IMG/VR virus record: IMGVR_UViG_3300046791_000499
Coordinates: 1-64,000 of that record
Length of the DNA stretch: 64,000 bases
From: a virus
Direction: 5' to 3' (one strand)
Shown here: positions 40,602 to 51,648 of the stretch, piece by piece
Numbering within the stretch: position 1 is the stretch's first letter
Layout of the letters: every line of letters begins with the position of its first letter
Notes under the pieces: generated by a model
Database searches by the model: none
Seen by the model: only the letters and a program-made list of their open reading frames with translations
What the model was told of the DNA's origin: nothing
Made by a program: the position numbers and the translations under genes

Positions 40602-40836
40602 CGCCGCAACGGCGAACGCGTAGACTTCTCGCATGGGGCTCGGCTGCTCGTTCTCAGTTCTGGTGTCGCACGACCACGGAGGTTGGCCACACCGGCATTG
40701 GGAGCGCAGCGACGGCACGCTGTCTCGAGCATTCGGTGTGAGCCGCCAGCCCCCTGTTGATCTGCGACCAGGCCAACGCGTTCTCCGAATCGTCCCGGCC
40801 AGCCCGCCGAATCACAGCAGCCGGCCGGTGGCCTGA

Positions 40837-42573
40837 ATGGTTGGCGGAACCCAAGCTGGCTGCGTCTACGATCCGAGGCCGTGTTCGTACGCGGACTGCC
40901 GCAAGCGCGTGCGCATGCCGACTGGGATCTGCGAGGGCTGCGGTGCTCGATTTCTCCGGCCCCAGCCTGGGCCCCAAGAACAGTTCCTCGAGTGCGAGGC
41001 CGACATCGTCCTCTTCGGCGGTGGGATTGGAAGTGGCAAGTCGATGGCGCTCCTGCTCGACGCGGGCTGCTACCAAGATCGACCTGGCTGGGTCGGAGCA
41101 ATCTTCCGCCACAACCACAAGGACTTGAAGGGCTCGCCGGGCGTCTTCGCCAAGGCGCGGAAGATGTATGGCGACTCGACCGAGCGCAGGTCTGGTCGAT
41201 CTCGGAAGCAACTCAACAAGAACGAGCAGGTCCGGTTCCGCGAATCGTCTCCGCTCGATCTCCGTTGGCCGGGCGGCGCGACGCTCGAGTTCCGCCATCT
41301 CGACGAAGAGAACTACCTCGACTACCAGGGCCTCGAGTACGCGTGGATCGGGCTCGAGGAGGCGACGCACTACGAGTGGCATTGGGTCCGGTACCTGATC
41401 ACGCGGCTCCGCACGGACTCAGGTGTTCGGACCCTCGTGCGCATGACATGCAACCCGGACCGGAACCACTGGCTGCGCGCGTGGGTGGACTGGTACCTGC
41501 TCCCGAACGGCTACCCGGACCGATCGAAGTCCGGCGTGATCCGGTACCTGGCGATCAAGGCGGGCACCGACGAGATCATTTGGGCGGGCACGCGTGAGGA
41601 GTGTGCGACGTTGGCCGGTCGCGAGCCCGAGGAGGTCATGTCCTTCTCGTACATCGCTGCCCTGTTCGACGACAACGTGATCCTGAAAGCGCTGGATCCC
41701 GGGTACGTCGCCAAGCAGGCGATGGCCGGAGCGGTCGATGAGGAACGCCTCCGTCACGGCAACTGGAATGCCAGCCACGACATCGGCGGGATGCTTCGCC
41801 GGGATCGTTGGGGTGGGGCCGAAGGGCAGCTCCGAAAGCCGCTCGCGCAGATCGTCAAATGGATCCGCCCGTGGGACAAGGCCGCCAGCAAACCGAGCGA
41901 TGCCTATCCAAACCCGGACTTCACCGCGGGCCCGCTCATGGGCTGGGACGTGCACGGCCGCTTCTACATCGCCGGGCTCGCTGCCTGCCGCGACGACGCA
42001 CCCGAGGTCACGACGCTGCAGCAGCGGACGGCAACGCTCGACGGCAAGCAGGTCACGCAGTGCGCCAAGCTCGGACCGAGCGACACCGGGAAAGCTGACC
42101 TCCTGACGAGCAAGAAGTCGCTCGCCATGGGAGGCGGTCCCGTCGTCGTCGCCAAGGATCGAGCGAGCAAGCCCGTCCGTGTCCAGCCCATGGCCGACGC
42201 TCTCGCGTGGGGGATGCGAGGCGACGTGGCAGCCGCGTCGGCCGACGACCCCGGGCAGTGGCTACCTCGTGGCTGGATCCTCAACCCGGATCCAGAGACC
42301 GCGGCCGAACTCGGGATCCCGCACTGCGCCGACTGGTTCAATCAGCCCTACAAGGACAGCGTGAACGAGACAGGCAAAGGCAAGGGGTCGCCGCCCGCAA
42401 CACTGGGAGATCTGTTCTGGTCGCAGACCGAGCCGTTCTTCGATCCCAAAGAGAAGAAGAAAGACGACATCCCAGACGCGATGGGCGATGGCTACTCCAA
42501 GTTGGCCGCGCCCCCACCGAAGCAACAGGAGAGCCCGCTCGAGCGGTGGCAGCGGTTCACCAAGGGCGACTAG
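40837..42573 (+). CDS. Terminase large subunit
   Basis: PQPGPQEQFL, GGGIGSGKS, WIGLEEAT, MTCNP, L.HGNW, nuclease WDKAA..DFTAG..DDIPDA. Confidence 0.88.
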   Translation: MVGGTQAGCVYDPRPCSYADCRKRVRMPTGICEGCGARFLRPQPGPQEQFLECEADIVLFGGGIGSGKSMALLLDAGCYQDRPGWVGAIFRHNHKDLKGSPGVFAKARKMYGDSTERRSGRSRKQLNKNEQVRFRESSPLDLRWPGGATLEFRHLDEENYLDYQGLEYAWIGLEEATHYEWHWVRYLITRLRTDSGVRTLVRMTCNPDRNHWLRAWVDWYLLPNGYPDRSKSGVIRYLAIKAGTDEIIWAGTREECATLAGREPEEVMSFSYIAALFDDNVILKALDPGYVAKQAMAGAVDEERLRHGNWNASHDIGGMLRRDRWGGAEGQLRKPLAQIVKWIRPWDKAASKPSDAYPNPDFTAGPLMGWDVHGRFYIAGLAACRDDAPEVTTLQQRTATLDGKQVTQCAKLGPSDTGKADLLTSKKSLAMGGGPVVVAKDRASKPVRVQPMADALAWGMRGDVAAASADDPGQWLPRGWILNPDPETAAELGIPHCADWFNQPYKDSVNETGKGKGSPPATLGDLFWSQTEPFFDPKEKKKDDIPDAMGDGYSKLAAPPPKQQESPLERWQRFTKGD

Positions 42574-43249
42574 TCCTTGATGTCCAGCAGCTTGCGTGTG
42601 AAGGCGTGAAGTTCGGTCACCACGAGACGACGGCATCGCATCTCAGCGACGTGGACATCGGGGTCGCTGACGTTCGGCGTCACGCTGATCACACCGCGAA
42701 AGTGTCGGCACGCGTTGACGAGCGATTCCACGTCGTCATCTCGCATGTCGTGGTCGAGCACCAGGGTGAGGCTGTGGATCCTGTCGGTCATGCGGCCTCC
42801 TCATCTGCGAGTTTGCTCAGCCGTTCGATGATGGTCCTGAACACCCGGCCGATCTCGAACTGCGCGAGCGGCCGGCTCGAATGCCACTCCAGCAAGACAC
42901 GCCCATCCTGGCCGGAGCCGACATCTGTCAACGACGCCGTCCACTGACCACGGCGCCCGAGGGTCTTACCGGTCACGTGCAGGACATCTGCGGTGGCCGA
43001 TGTCAGCCCGATCGGATCCTTGGCGTCGGGGCATTTTACCAGTAGTTGGATGGCGACGCGGCCCCACTCGGAGGCCGTCAACGCCACGGACTCGGGCTCA
43101 TCGTCTTCGCCGGGTTGGTCGTCATCCTCGGGCTCAGCCGGGAGCACCCGGAACGTGTAGCCTTCCTTCTCGGCGACGAGCACAACCCGCTGACCATCCT
43201 CGGTGGTGAGCAGGTCGATCGGTGGTGGGGTCGGCTTCGAGCGGGCCAT
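42570..43249 (-). other. Two hypothetical genes (42570-42791, 42788-43249)
   Basis: Coupled ORFs downstream of a minus-strand GGAAT motif at 43279-43283. Confidence 0.6.
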
Positions 43250-43469
43250 GCGAGCACGACCAGGCTGCCGGCCGTCTCATTCCTGGATCATCCTCGGTAG
43301 TCTTCTCGGGCACGAACGACCGGCCAATAATCGGGCCGAAACAATGGCACGCGATCCCAATGCTGGACCGGACATGCACAACTCGCAGCGAGCAGTTCCC
43401 ACCTGCCGCCACGTAGCCTGCGCCACGTCTTGAGATCGGAGAGTAAACAATCGAGTAGGAACACCTGGT

Positions 43470-45254
43470 TCACCTTCGGACCGCGAGGAGAATCACGACA
43501 ACGATCGAGGAACCGGCAAAGGCGTGCTCGATCGGCTCGCTCCACGTGAGATCGAACCCGGGTAGCATCAACCTGCTCGGAGCCCCCGAGGGCAGGATGG
43601 CGACGAGCCGCGAGCCCAACCCACGATCATCGCGCATCCAAACGGGGTCAAGAGGTAACGACGCCAGCATCTCCGCGGCGTACTGGACGTGCGCCTCCCA
43701 CTGAGCGCGATCGAAGGGCGGGTTCATGACCACGACCGTCGGCTCGACCTTGATGCGCGACACCTTCAAGAAGTCGTCTTCGATGACCGCGAAGCCCTTG
43801 GAGCGCAGCACGGTGCAATGCAGCGCGCTGACTTCGATGCAGGTCGTCTGCCCGCGCGGCAGCAGCTCGGCGATCGCACCTTGGCCAGCGCTGGGCTCGA
43901 GCACGATGTCATCGGGGCCGATGCCGGCAAGCTCAACCATGCGCGCCGCGAGGCTTGGCGGGGTTGGGTAATACTGGTGCGCCTTCGTATCTGGCACGCA
44001 CCCAGACGCCACGATTTCACGCAGCGCATCCCCAGGGTTGTAGTCGAACTTGAAGGCCCCAAGGTGCGGCCCACGGGCGTGGACCGGGATGCCTCCGATC
44101 GACGCGATGACCTGGTCGACCTCGGCGCGGACGTGCTTGTCCAAGTCGGACCAGCCGTAGCCGAACGTCCAATTCCCACGCTGCCCGCTCCGCTCGATCC
44201 CATCGAGCACTTGGAGCACGGCGAAGGGCAGGGGTCGCGTCACGAGTTGGACCGTGTGCTTGACCTTGGCGTGGCCTCGCTTCGGCCGCGTGCACTGCGA
44301 CTCCGGGATCGCACCGGGATGCAGGTAGGCCAGCACGGCATTCAACCGCCACGCGATCTCGTCGTGGATGCGTACGTGCATCGTGCCGCACTTGTGGCCC
44401 TTGACCTCGATCGCTCCGCCGTCGACCGTGACCCACTCGCCGCGCCTGTACTGCCGGGCGTAGTCGATCAGACGGCTGGTCAACTGGCGCACGGTGTGGC
44501 CGCCTTCGCCGACGTCATCTCGACCCATGAACCTGGCGACCACGACCCGCAGATCGGTGAGGGTTCCGATGCGCGACTGCGAACTGAACCCGAAGCTATC
44601 AAAGACGTAGTTGAGGATCAGCTTGCTGCGGAAACCGCTCGGCAGGTTCGTCTTGTGCGCGGGCGAGAGCGCTTCAAAGATGCCGTCAACGCGCTCGGCG
44701 AAGAACGTGTGGCGCGACCCGAGTAGGTCGGCGAACGTGCCCTGGATCGTCTCCTCGGTGAAGTCCGGGATGCGAACCCACACGGTCTTGGGCTCGAGGT
44801 CGTCTTCGTCATCTTCGTCGCGAGAAGTCGGGATCACCGGCTCCTTCGTGCCGCGCTCGCTGATCATGTTGTGCCACGCTGTCCGCCGCTTCTGCGGCAT
44901 CGTGTCCAAGATGTCGCTGGATTGCATGAGGCGCGACCAGTAGTCGGCGTTCAAGGCATCGATCGCGCCATCCAACTTGAACAGGATCCCGGCTACATGC
45001 TCCCCGGAGTAGCGCTCGTTCGCTTCGTTACCATCGATGAAGTACGGCAGGCATGAGCGGGTCTTGGCGTCAGCGAAGATTCCAGCGACGCGTTCGAGCA
45101 AGGCACGCGCAGCGCGGTATTCGATCAGTAGCGAGACGGCCGGCGCTGGGTCGACGGGCGCGAACAGGTCCTCGAACGAATCGGCGAGACCGGTGCGCGT
45201 GACCGCCAGGGCTGTGCTCGGGCCATGCCCTTGGGCTGGATCCAGCGCGTTCAT
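43470..45254 (-). CDS. DUF4942-domain class I SAM-dependent DNA methyltransferase
   Basis: FFAERVDGIF.ALS..HKTN, AWRLNAVLA, QYYPTP, LEPSAGQG, MNPPF. Confidence 0.88.
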   Translation of the reverse strand: MNALDPAQGHGPSTALAVTRTGLADSFEDLFAPVDPAPAVSLLIEYRAARALLERVAGIFADAKTRSCLPYFIDGNEANERYSGEHVAGILFKLDGAIDALNADYWSRLMQSSDILDTMPQKRRTAWHNMISERGTKEPVIPTSRDEDDEDDLEPKTVWVRIPDFTEETIQGTFADLLGSRHTFFAERVDGIFEALSPAHKTNLPSGFRSKLILNYVFDSFGFSSQSRIGTLTDLRVVVARFMGRDDVGEGGHTVRQLTSRLIDYARQYRRGEWVTVDGGAIEVKGHKCGTMHVRIHDEIAWRLNAVLAYLHPGAIPESQCTRPKRGHAKVKHTVQLVTRPLPFAVLQVLDGIERSGQRGNWTFGYGWSDLDKHVRAEVDQVIASIGGIPVHARGPHLGAFKFDYNPGDALREIVASGCVPDTKAHQYYPTPPSLAARMVELAGIGPDDIVLEPSAGQGAIAELLPRGQTTCIEVSALHCTVLRSKGFAVIEDDFLKVSRIKVEPTVVVMNPPFDRAQWEAHVQYAAEMLASLPLDPVWMRDDRGLGSRLVAILPSGAPSRLMLPGFDLTWSEPIEHAFAGSSIVVVILLAVRR

Positions 45255-45329
45255 GAGACACCAACCACGCCGGCCTGCAGGATCTTCCCGGTTCGGGAAT
45301 GCCGACGCCCTCGGCCTGGTCGGTGCGGC

Positions 45330-46467
45330 ATGCCCACGCCGTACCTCATCGACTCCATCCACGGGTTCATCCGTGCGTTCGGGGAAGCATCAGACAACCA
45401 ACTGGCCGCGGCGCTCTCCAAGAAGTGTGCGGAGTTTCCACCGGATGCCAGCCTGGACGACTCGCTCGTGTTCCTGCGTGACCTACGAGACGAGTGCGTG
45501 TTCATCGGAGGCGCCAGCCACTTCATGATGACGGCGATCGCCATCCTCGTGGAAGGCTACCCCGAGACCGAGGAGGCCATGAACGCACGGCGCACCGCGC
45601 TCGACGAGCGGCACGGCGGGGCGATGGGGTGGAACGCGGGGCACTGCTTCCACGCACCCGGCCTCGCCTCGTTCATCGCTTCCGTGGACCCAATCGAAGA
45701 GGATCCAGACCCATGCTGACGCTCGACCAACGCCGGACCCTGACCGCGATCGTCGATGCTGACGTGGTCGAGTCGATCCACGAACTGCCGATCCTGATCC
45801 TTGCGCAATGGACCTCGGCGCAGTCGAAGGTGTTCGACGTCGTTGGCGGGAACACCCAGCACGGCCACGAAGGCCGGCTCGTGATCATCCACGGCGACGG
45901 CACGGGGCACGTGTTCGACTACCTCTACGACGAGCACGAAGACGTGAGGCGCTACACCCGGGTCGAGCGATTGGAGCCGGCGCCATGATCGATGATGCAG
46001 CGTGGGCGGCCGAGATCGCGGATCGGATCGCGGGGAAGCTGACGGAGGTTCGGCCGTGCACGTTGTGCCTCAAGTGCCGGCGGCGCGATTGCCCTCGCTG
46101 CCGTGGGACCGAGCATCTGCCCGTGCCAGCGCTCGACTACACGACCACGCAGCAGTTCGTGCACGCCGTCCGCCAGCGCACGGTCGCAGCCGACAAGCCC
46201 GCGGCCGCGTTCATCTTGGTGGCCGATCACGTCTTCGCCGAGCTGCTCGAGGATCGGGTCGCCGACCGAATGCTCGGGGTGGCCGGCGTCAAGAAGGTCG
46301 ACTCGGAGACCGCTCATCTTCGTCACGCCGAGGGCAAGTTCGCGGAGGCGCTCCGGTTCATCAACCGCACCAGGGTCACCGTCCAGCGCCCGCTCGTGCC
46401 CTCGGTGGCGGGCTGGTCGATCGACGACGTGTTCCTCGAAGCCTACCGGCTTGGGTGGAAGCCATGA
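45330..46467 (+). other. Plus-strand island of three hypothetical genes (45330-45719, 45713-45988, 45985-46467)
   Basis: Overlapping ORFs behind a GGAAT-N17-GGTCGG motif at 45296. Confidence 0.6.
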
Positions 46468-47196
46468 TCAGAACCCATTCAGCCAGCGCCACGCCTTGAC
46501 GATGATCTCGGCATGGCATGGCAGCGGCCAGCACGTGCACCCGAGAAAGCTGTCTAGCTTGATCGCGTGGATGGCCGCGAGCACGCGCGGATCCTTGGCC
46601 TCGATCCGATCCCACAGCCAGCGGCGATACTGCCCGAGCACGGCTGCTGCCTGGCCTTCGCGCGGCTTCTCGGGGTCGAGCCTGAACTGGTTGCCGAGCG
46701 GTGATGGTCCGCCCAAGTCGCGTGACCGCCCGACGTAGATCAGGCCGGGTGGGCGTTCCTGATCGGCGCGCCATGGATGATGCATGTTCCAGATCACGGG
46801 CTCGCGGACGGGCTTGATGTCGACGATCTCGAGGTCCAGGTCGTAGGCTTGGCTGCGGCAGTTCGCCGTACCTGGTCCACCCTGGAACGGGAACAGCACA
46901 TGCCCGCGATGGCCGAGCGTCCGGCCCTTCGCCCCCGGCGTCGTGCCCTCGATCATCGTGCCGTTGCGGACGAACCCGGCACGCTTGCCGAGGCCCTTCC
47001 AATTCGCCGGGTGCTTCTCGACCTCGGCGACACCGCGAGATCGGATGTAGCCTTGGGCGATCCGGTCGACGCCCGTACGGCAGTCGCCGTCGCGCAGATC
47101 GGTGACGTTGAAGCGCCAGCAGTCGTATGCCAGTTGCTCGAGTTCGGCGAGGGTCGGCCAGTGCTCGCGTCCACCGGTGACGATGCCGATGATCAC
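46468..47196 (-). CDS. SLOG/DUF2493-like domain fused to DUF4326
   Basis: IVTGGR, GVDRIA, PANWK.LGKRAGFVRN..M, GGPGT; YVGR..SPLGNQF, LGCTCWPLPCHAE. Confidence 0.8.
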   Translation of the reverse strand: MIIGIVTGGREHWPTLAELEQLAYDCWRFNVTDLRDGDCRTGVDRIAQGYIRSRGVAEVEKHPANWKGLGKRAGFVRNGTMIEGTTPGAKGRTLGHRGHVLFPFQGGPGTANCRSQAYDLDLEIVDIKPVREPVIWNMHHPWRADQERPPGLIYVGRSRDLGGPSPLGNQFRLDPEKPREGQAAAVLGQYRRWLWDRIEAKDPRVLAAIHAIKLDSFLGCTCWPLPCHAEIIVKAWRWLNGF

Positions 47197-48040
47197 TCGT
47201 CGTCGTCCGTCGGCTGGCCGAAAGCAGCGACCACCGGCTCGACCGCCGCGCGGATCTTGTCCTGCAGATCTGTCAGCTTGTCCTCAACGAACTGGCGCAG
47301 GGCGGTTTGCTTCGCGCGCTCGAACGCATCGGTCAGGCGGTCGTCGAGAAAACCGAACGCGAACGGTTCGCCTTCGATCACGATGCGCAGATCCATGAGC
47401 CCACCGCGAGCCTTCGCTTGGGCGAGGATGCGATCCCTGGTCTCGCGGTCCATCTGCCCCACGACGTGCATCACCAGGTGCCCGAGCAGCGATTGGCTCC
47501 TGGCGATCGTGTCGGTGCGCACCAAGAACATCTCGTCGCTCATGGCCGCGCACCCCTGCTGCGCACGATGTCCTGCACGATGAGCAGGCCGCCACCGTCC
47601 CACCGCTCGGCTGTTGCCGTGTGATGCTCGGCCGGAACAGTGCCCGCGATCTCAGCAATGATCTCCAACCCCGGACGTTCGTCGAACTTCACGATGCAGC
47701 CATGCTGCGGGAGCAGCTCGCTGTCCCTTCGTAGGACCCGGACGATCTCTGCGGCCGCGTACTCGACCAGGCCGCTGAGCCAGACGTGCTCGCCGTCGCG
47801 CAGCCAGTGCACGTTGCCGGCCGCCTCTCCCCGCGGTTGCCAGCCGTTGGCGGCCATCCACGCGAAGAACTTGGCCTTGGCACCCTCGCAGCGGAAGGTG
47901 AGCCCGAGCAGTTCGGCGTCGCGCTCGGTGACCACGTGATCATCCCAGTCCTCGGGGTCCATGGCGGCGCGGATCTGGTCGATGGTGAGCGGGATGATCA
48001 TGGCAGCGGCGACCACCCGCGGCGACCGGGCATTCCCGGG

Positions 48041-48685
48041 CTACGCGAACAGCGGCCGTTGCCGGGTCTCAGCCGCGATGCGTCGGTCGATCACCGGCCA
48101 CCATTGCTTGTCGCATTCGACCACGGTCACGTCGCGACCGCACCCGTCAGCGGCCACCGCCGTTGAGCCCGAGCCGCCGAACATGTCGAGCACAGGACCA
48201 GGCGGGGCAGCGTCGAGGATCTGCTGCAGGAGCGGGACCGGTTTCTGGTGCGGGTGGTGCTTCGCTCCGTCCGAGTAGTAGGGAGGCGCGATGTCGAGGA
48301 TCGGGCTCATCCTCCCGGCCCCGTCGCGGTTCCATGATCCGTACAGGTGGATGACCTCGAGCCCCTGCCACCATGGGAAGTCGACGTCTCCACCGCCGGA
48401 TTGCCCGCCCTTGTCCCACACCAGCATGCCAGCAGGCTTGCCCCACACGGGGATCCGCCACGAGCCGAACACCGCCGCGGGTCGGTCACCCCACCACTCG
48501 AGCGCGGCGTCGCGGGCTGCGGTGTTCTGGTCGCCGACGATCTCGACGCCCTTGAACTTCACCCTCGGGATCGAGCCGCTCTTGTGCGCCTGGCCGTATG
48601 GCGGATCGATGAGCAGCAAGCCCCATCGGCGTGGGTCCTGCGTCAGCATCCACGTGAGGGCGTCGGCGCGGACGACCTCGATCAT
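48041..48685 (-). CDS. N4-C/N6-A DNA methyltransferase (beta class)
   Basis: IDPPYG, HPHQKPVPLL, VLDMFGGSGST. Confidence 0.88.
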   Translation of the reverse strand: MIEVVRADALTWMLTQDPRRWGLLLIDPPYGQAHKSGSIPRVKFKGVEIVGDQNTAARDAALEWWGDRPAAVFGSWRIPVWGKPAGMLVWDKGGQSGGGDVDFPWWQGLEVIHLYGSWNRDGAGRMSPILDIAPPYYSDGAKHHPHQKPVPLLQQILDAAPPGPVLDMFGGSGSTAVAADGCGRDVTVVECDKQWWPVIDRRIAAETRQRPLFA

Positions 48686-49578
48686 CGGTCCCACGCGCTT
48701 GGTTCTGGCGGTGGCGTGCGGCTGACCTCGGCCGCCCACGTGATGATGAGCTTGCCGTCCCAGCGCTTCGGCGCCAGTTCGGGTATCTCGCGAGCGCGCC
48801 ACGCCGGCCACGGAGACCAGATCGCGGGGATGTTGATATCGCCGACCCACAGCATCGTCACGGGGTCTTGGCCGGTCGGGTGGATCGTCGCGCGGTCGAC
48901 CGCAACGCAGTGCCGGTACTTGGCGGCGGCGCGTGGGATCTCGTTCCACGGCCCGCTGAATTGCAGCATGAGCACGAGCCTCGGACCGGGCGTCTTCCAC
49001 GACTCGAACACGTCTTTGTTCGGACGGGTCCACGTGCGGTGTGTCTTCGTGCCCGACCGACGGATCGCATCGCGCAGTTTGGTGATCGTGCAATAGCCGG
49101 GGAACGGGGCGAAGGCATCGCGCAGATCGTTGACGCGCTCGAGGTCGAGCGCCGCGGCCAAGGCAGTCGGCGCACACGTGGCCTTCCACTCGTCATAGGC
49201 TTGGTCGAGGTCGACGATGTTGCGGAGTTGTCCTGGCATGGCTATCCACCCTTGTTGGCGGCGTTCTCGGCGATCATCAGGCCCGACGCCTTCGCTTCGG
49301 CTCCGGTTCTTCCGGCAGCTTCAACAGTTGGATCTCGGCCTCGGTCGGGCGCCAGTCCGAGGGCGGTTGTTGCCCCCACAGGCGGAGGCCAGGCATGCGC
49401 TTCATCGCCTCGTTCCATCCGTGCGTCTCGATCGCGTGCGCGATTGTGGCGGTCGTGGCTTCGGCCAAGGACATCGCTGGCATCACCATCTCGGGATCGT
49501 AGCCGCAGCCGTGGTGCCGCAGCGATCCACAGCCAGGGCATTGACGGTCGAGCTCGATCGGCAGTTGCTCGCCGTCCG

Positions 49579-50325
49579 TCACCCTCGATTGCTCCTCGCC
49601 CGCTTGGCCTTGCCGGTGGGCAGCTCGAACACCAAGAAGTAGGAGTGGTTCTTGCGGGCGTGGACCTGCTTGCTGAGCAGCCGGCTCACGCCCGGCGCGT
49701 TGCTGCGCACGAGCACGAACAGGTCCTTGCAGTAGAAGCCCATGGCCTCGTAGGCGGTGACGATCTCGACGTGGGTCAACCGCTGGGTGTTCGAGCTGAC
49801 TTCGTCCTGGCACTTCACGATCAACTTGCCGCCAGGCCGCAGTACCCGACGAGCCTCTGCCCCGGCGCGCAGGTACAGGTCGACGACGGCCTCGTGATAC
49901 TTGGGTCCGGCTGCGGTCGCGGTGCCGTTCGAGTAGGCGTCCTGGAACGCAGCGTGCGAGCCAGAGCCCGCAAGCTGCTTGGTCTTGGCCCGGAAGAACC
50001 CCTCCATGTATGGCGGGTCGAGCACGACGCAGTCCATGACCGAGTCGAGGTACGGCAGGTCTCGGCAGTCGACGGGGTGCTCGTAGTAGATCACGCGCTC
50101 GTCGCGAGCCTTGACGTCGAGCGCGAGGTCAGAGGCTCGCAGGTTGTAGGTGCCCGATGGGATGCCCTTCCAGAACACCCCACGGCCGTGCGTGACGTCG
50201 GCAACATCGCTGCCGGCAGGAACGTGGAGCGCCATGATCTCGGCGAACAGTTCGGCGTTCTGCCCGACGCGAGCCGAGAGCACGAGGTCTGTCGACGGCT
50301 GGCCGCCTTGCTTGCGCTTCACCAT
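49579..50325 (-). CDS. DNA amino-methyltransferase
   Basis: [50 protein letters not shown]. Confidence 0.85.
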   Translation of the reverse strand: MVKRKQGGQPSTDLVLSARVGQNAELFAEIMALHVPAGSDVADVTHGRGVFWKGIPSGTYNLRASDLALDVKARDERVIYYEHPVDCRDLPYLDSVMDCVVLDPPYMEGFFRAKTKQLAGSGSHAAFQDAYSNGTATAAGPKYHEAVVDLYLRAGAEARRVLRPGGKLIVKCQDEVSSNTQRLTHVEIVTAYEAMGFYCKDLFVLVRSNAPGVSRLLSKQVHARKNHSYFLVFELPTGKAKRARSNRG

Positions 50326-50919
50326 CTACTTGCCCCGCGGGATCTCGGCCAGGGTCGTGCTCGCCATGGCATGCCACTCGCCGAACAGTGAGATCTCGTC
50401 GGGGCCTTCGCCGCGCGAGGTCGCGGTAGCGAACCCGTCCCACAGCCACTGACCTGGCCGGTGACCTGGCCGGAGGTAGAGCGGGCGCGGATCTTCGGGG
50501 ACACCGAACTGGCCCGACTCTTTGAGCAGTTCGATCGGCGTCTGGCGCATCGCGCCAAGCAGGCCATCGTCCTCGATGTCGAGGCATGTCGCTCGGCTGG
50601 GCGTGTGCATCCAGACAAGGATACGCACACGGGTCCGGGTCACGACCGGCTCTACCGCGATCTCGGGCGCGTCGGCCAACGCCGCGAAGGCGCGCAACTC
50701 GTCTGTCCCCACCGGAGACTCGCACCCGCTGAGATCGACGGCGCCGCGATGCACGAACACAATCGAGCCGGAGTCGTCGACCCACGTCGTGACCGGTTTC
50801 GGGACGTACGTGTTTGGCTTGAATGACTTGGACCAGCCATACCCAGTGAGGATGCTCGTCGGGTCGGGTTGCTCGTCGGGCGATTGCATGGCCACCGAAC
50901 TACTGCGGTTCTTGCGGGC

Positions 50920-51648
50920 CTATTCCCCAGCCTGGGCCTGCTCGATCTGCGAGCACCAGTGGATGTACAGACCGCCCGCCCAGATGGCGAGTTGCTCGGC
51001 GTCCCCAGGCTCGAGCCTGAACCGCTCGACAAGCGCTGGCGTCATGTCGGCGATCACCGTGTTCGTCTGCTGAGCCACAGCCCACTCGCTCACGAACCGC
51101 ATGACGTCGCCGTAGAAATCCCCCGGGATCTGGCCGATCTCGAACGCGCGGCGATGCAGGATCTCGGTCGCCATCTTCGCAGGCACCCGGGCGAACTCCC
51201 ACATGGGGAACGGCTTCTCGGCCGAGCGATCCCACCATCGCTTCCGCCAACCCTGGAAGCCCTTCACGTCCTGCGGGATCGTCATGGCGACGGCGCCCCC
51301 GCGACGACCGATCGCCCAGCGTCCTGGGATCCGGGTGCCGTTCTTGAGCTTCGGCTGGCTCGGGTAGTCGTTCTCGTCTCGGAAGATGTGGCAGCGCTCG
51401 CACCCCGGCTCATCCTCGATATGGAGCGAGCACGGCTCGGGGAAGAACGCCAAGCGGGTGACAGGCGCGTAGCCACGCACGAGCCCGTGAGCGACGATGT
51501 AGAGGCGCTCGCCCGGCACGATCGCAGGCTTGCCGCTGCCGAGAAAGAAGCCCCACTCGGTGTTCGACGTGGGCTCACCGACGGCGTCGCCTTCGTCGAT
51601 CCAGTCCGCCCAAAAGTGCTTGGGCACGGTGACCACGAGATCAGCCAC
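50920..51648 (-). CDS. Hypothetical protein, possible PUA/EVE-like fold
   Basis: LVVTVPK..W..EGD, PGERLYIVAHGLVRGYA, KGFQGWR. Confidence 0.45.
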   Translation of the reverse strand: MADLVVTVPKHFWADWIDEGDAVGEPTSNTEWGFFLGSGKPAIVPGERLYIVAHGLVRGYAPVTRLAFFPEPCSLHIEDEPGCERCHIFRDENDYPSQPKLKNGTRIPGRWAIGRRGGAVAMTIPQDVKGFQGWRKRWWDRSAEKPFPMWEFARVPAKMATEILHRRAFEIGQIPGDFYGDVMRFVSEWAVAQQTNTVIADMTPALVERFRLEPGDAEQLAIWAGGLYIHWCSQIEQAQAGE

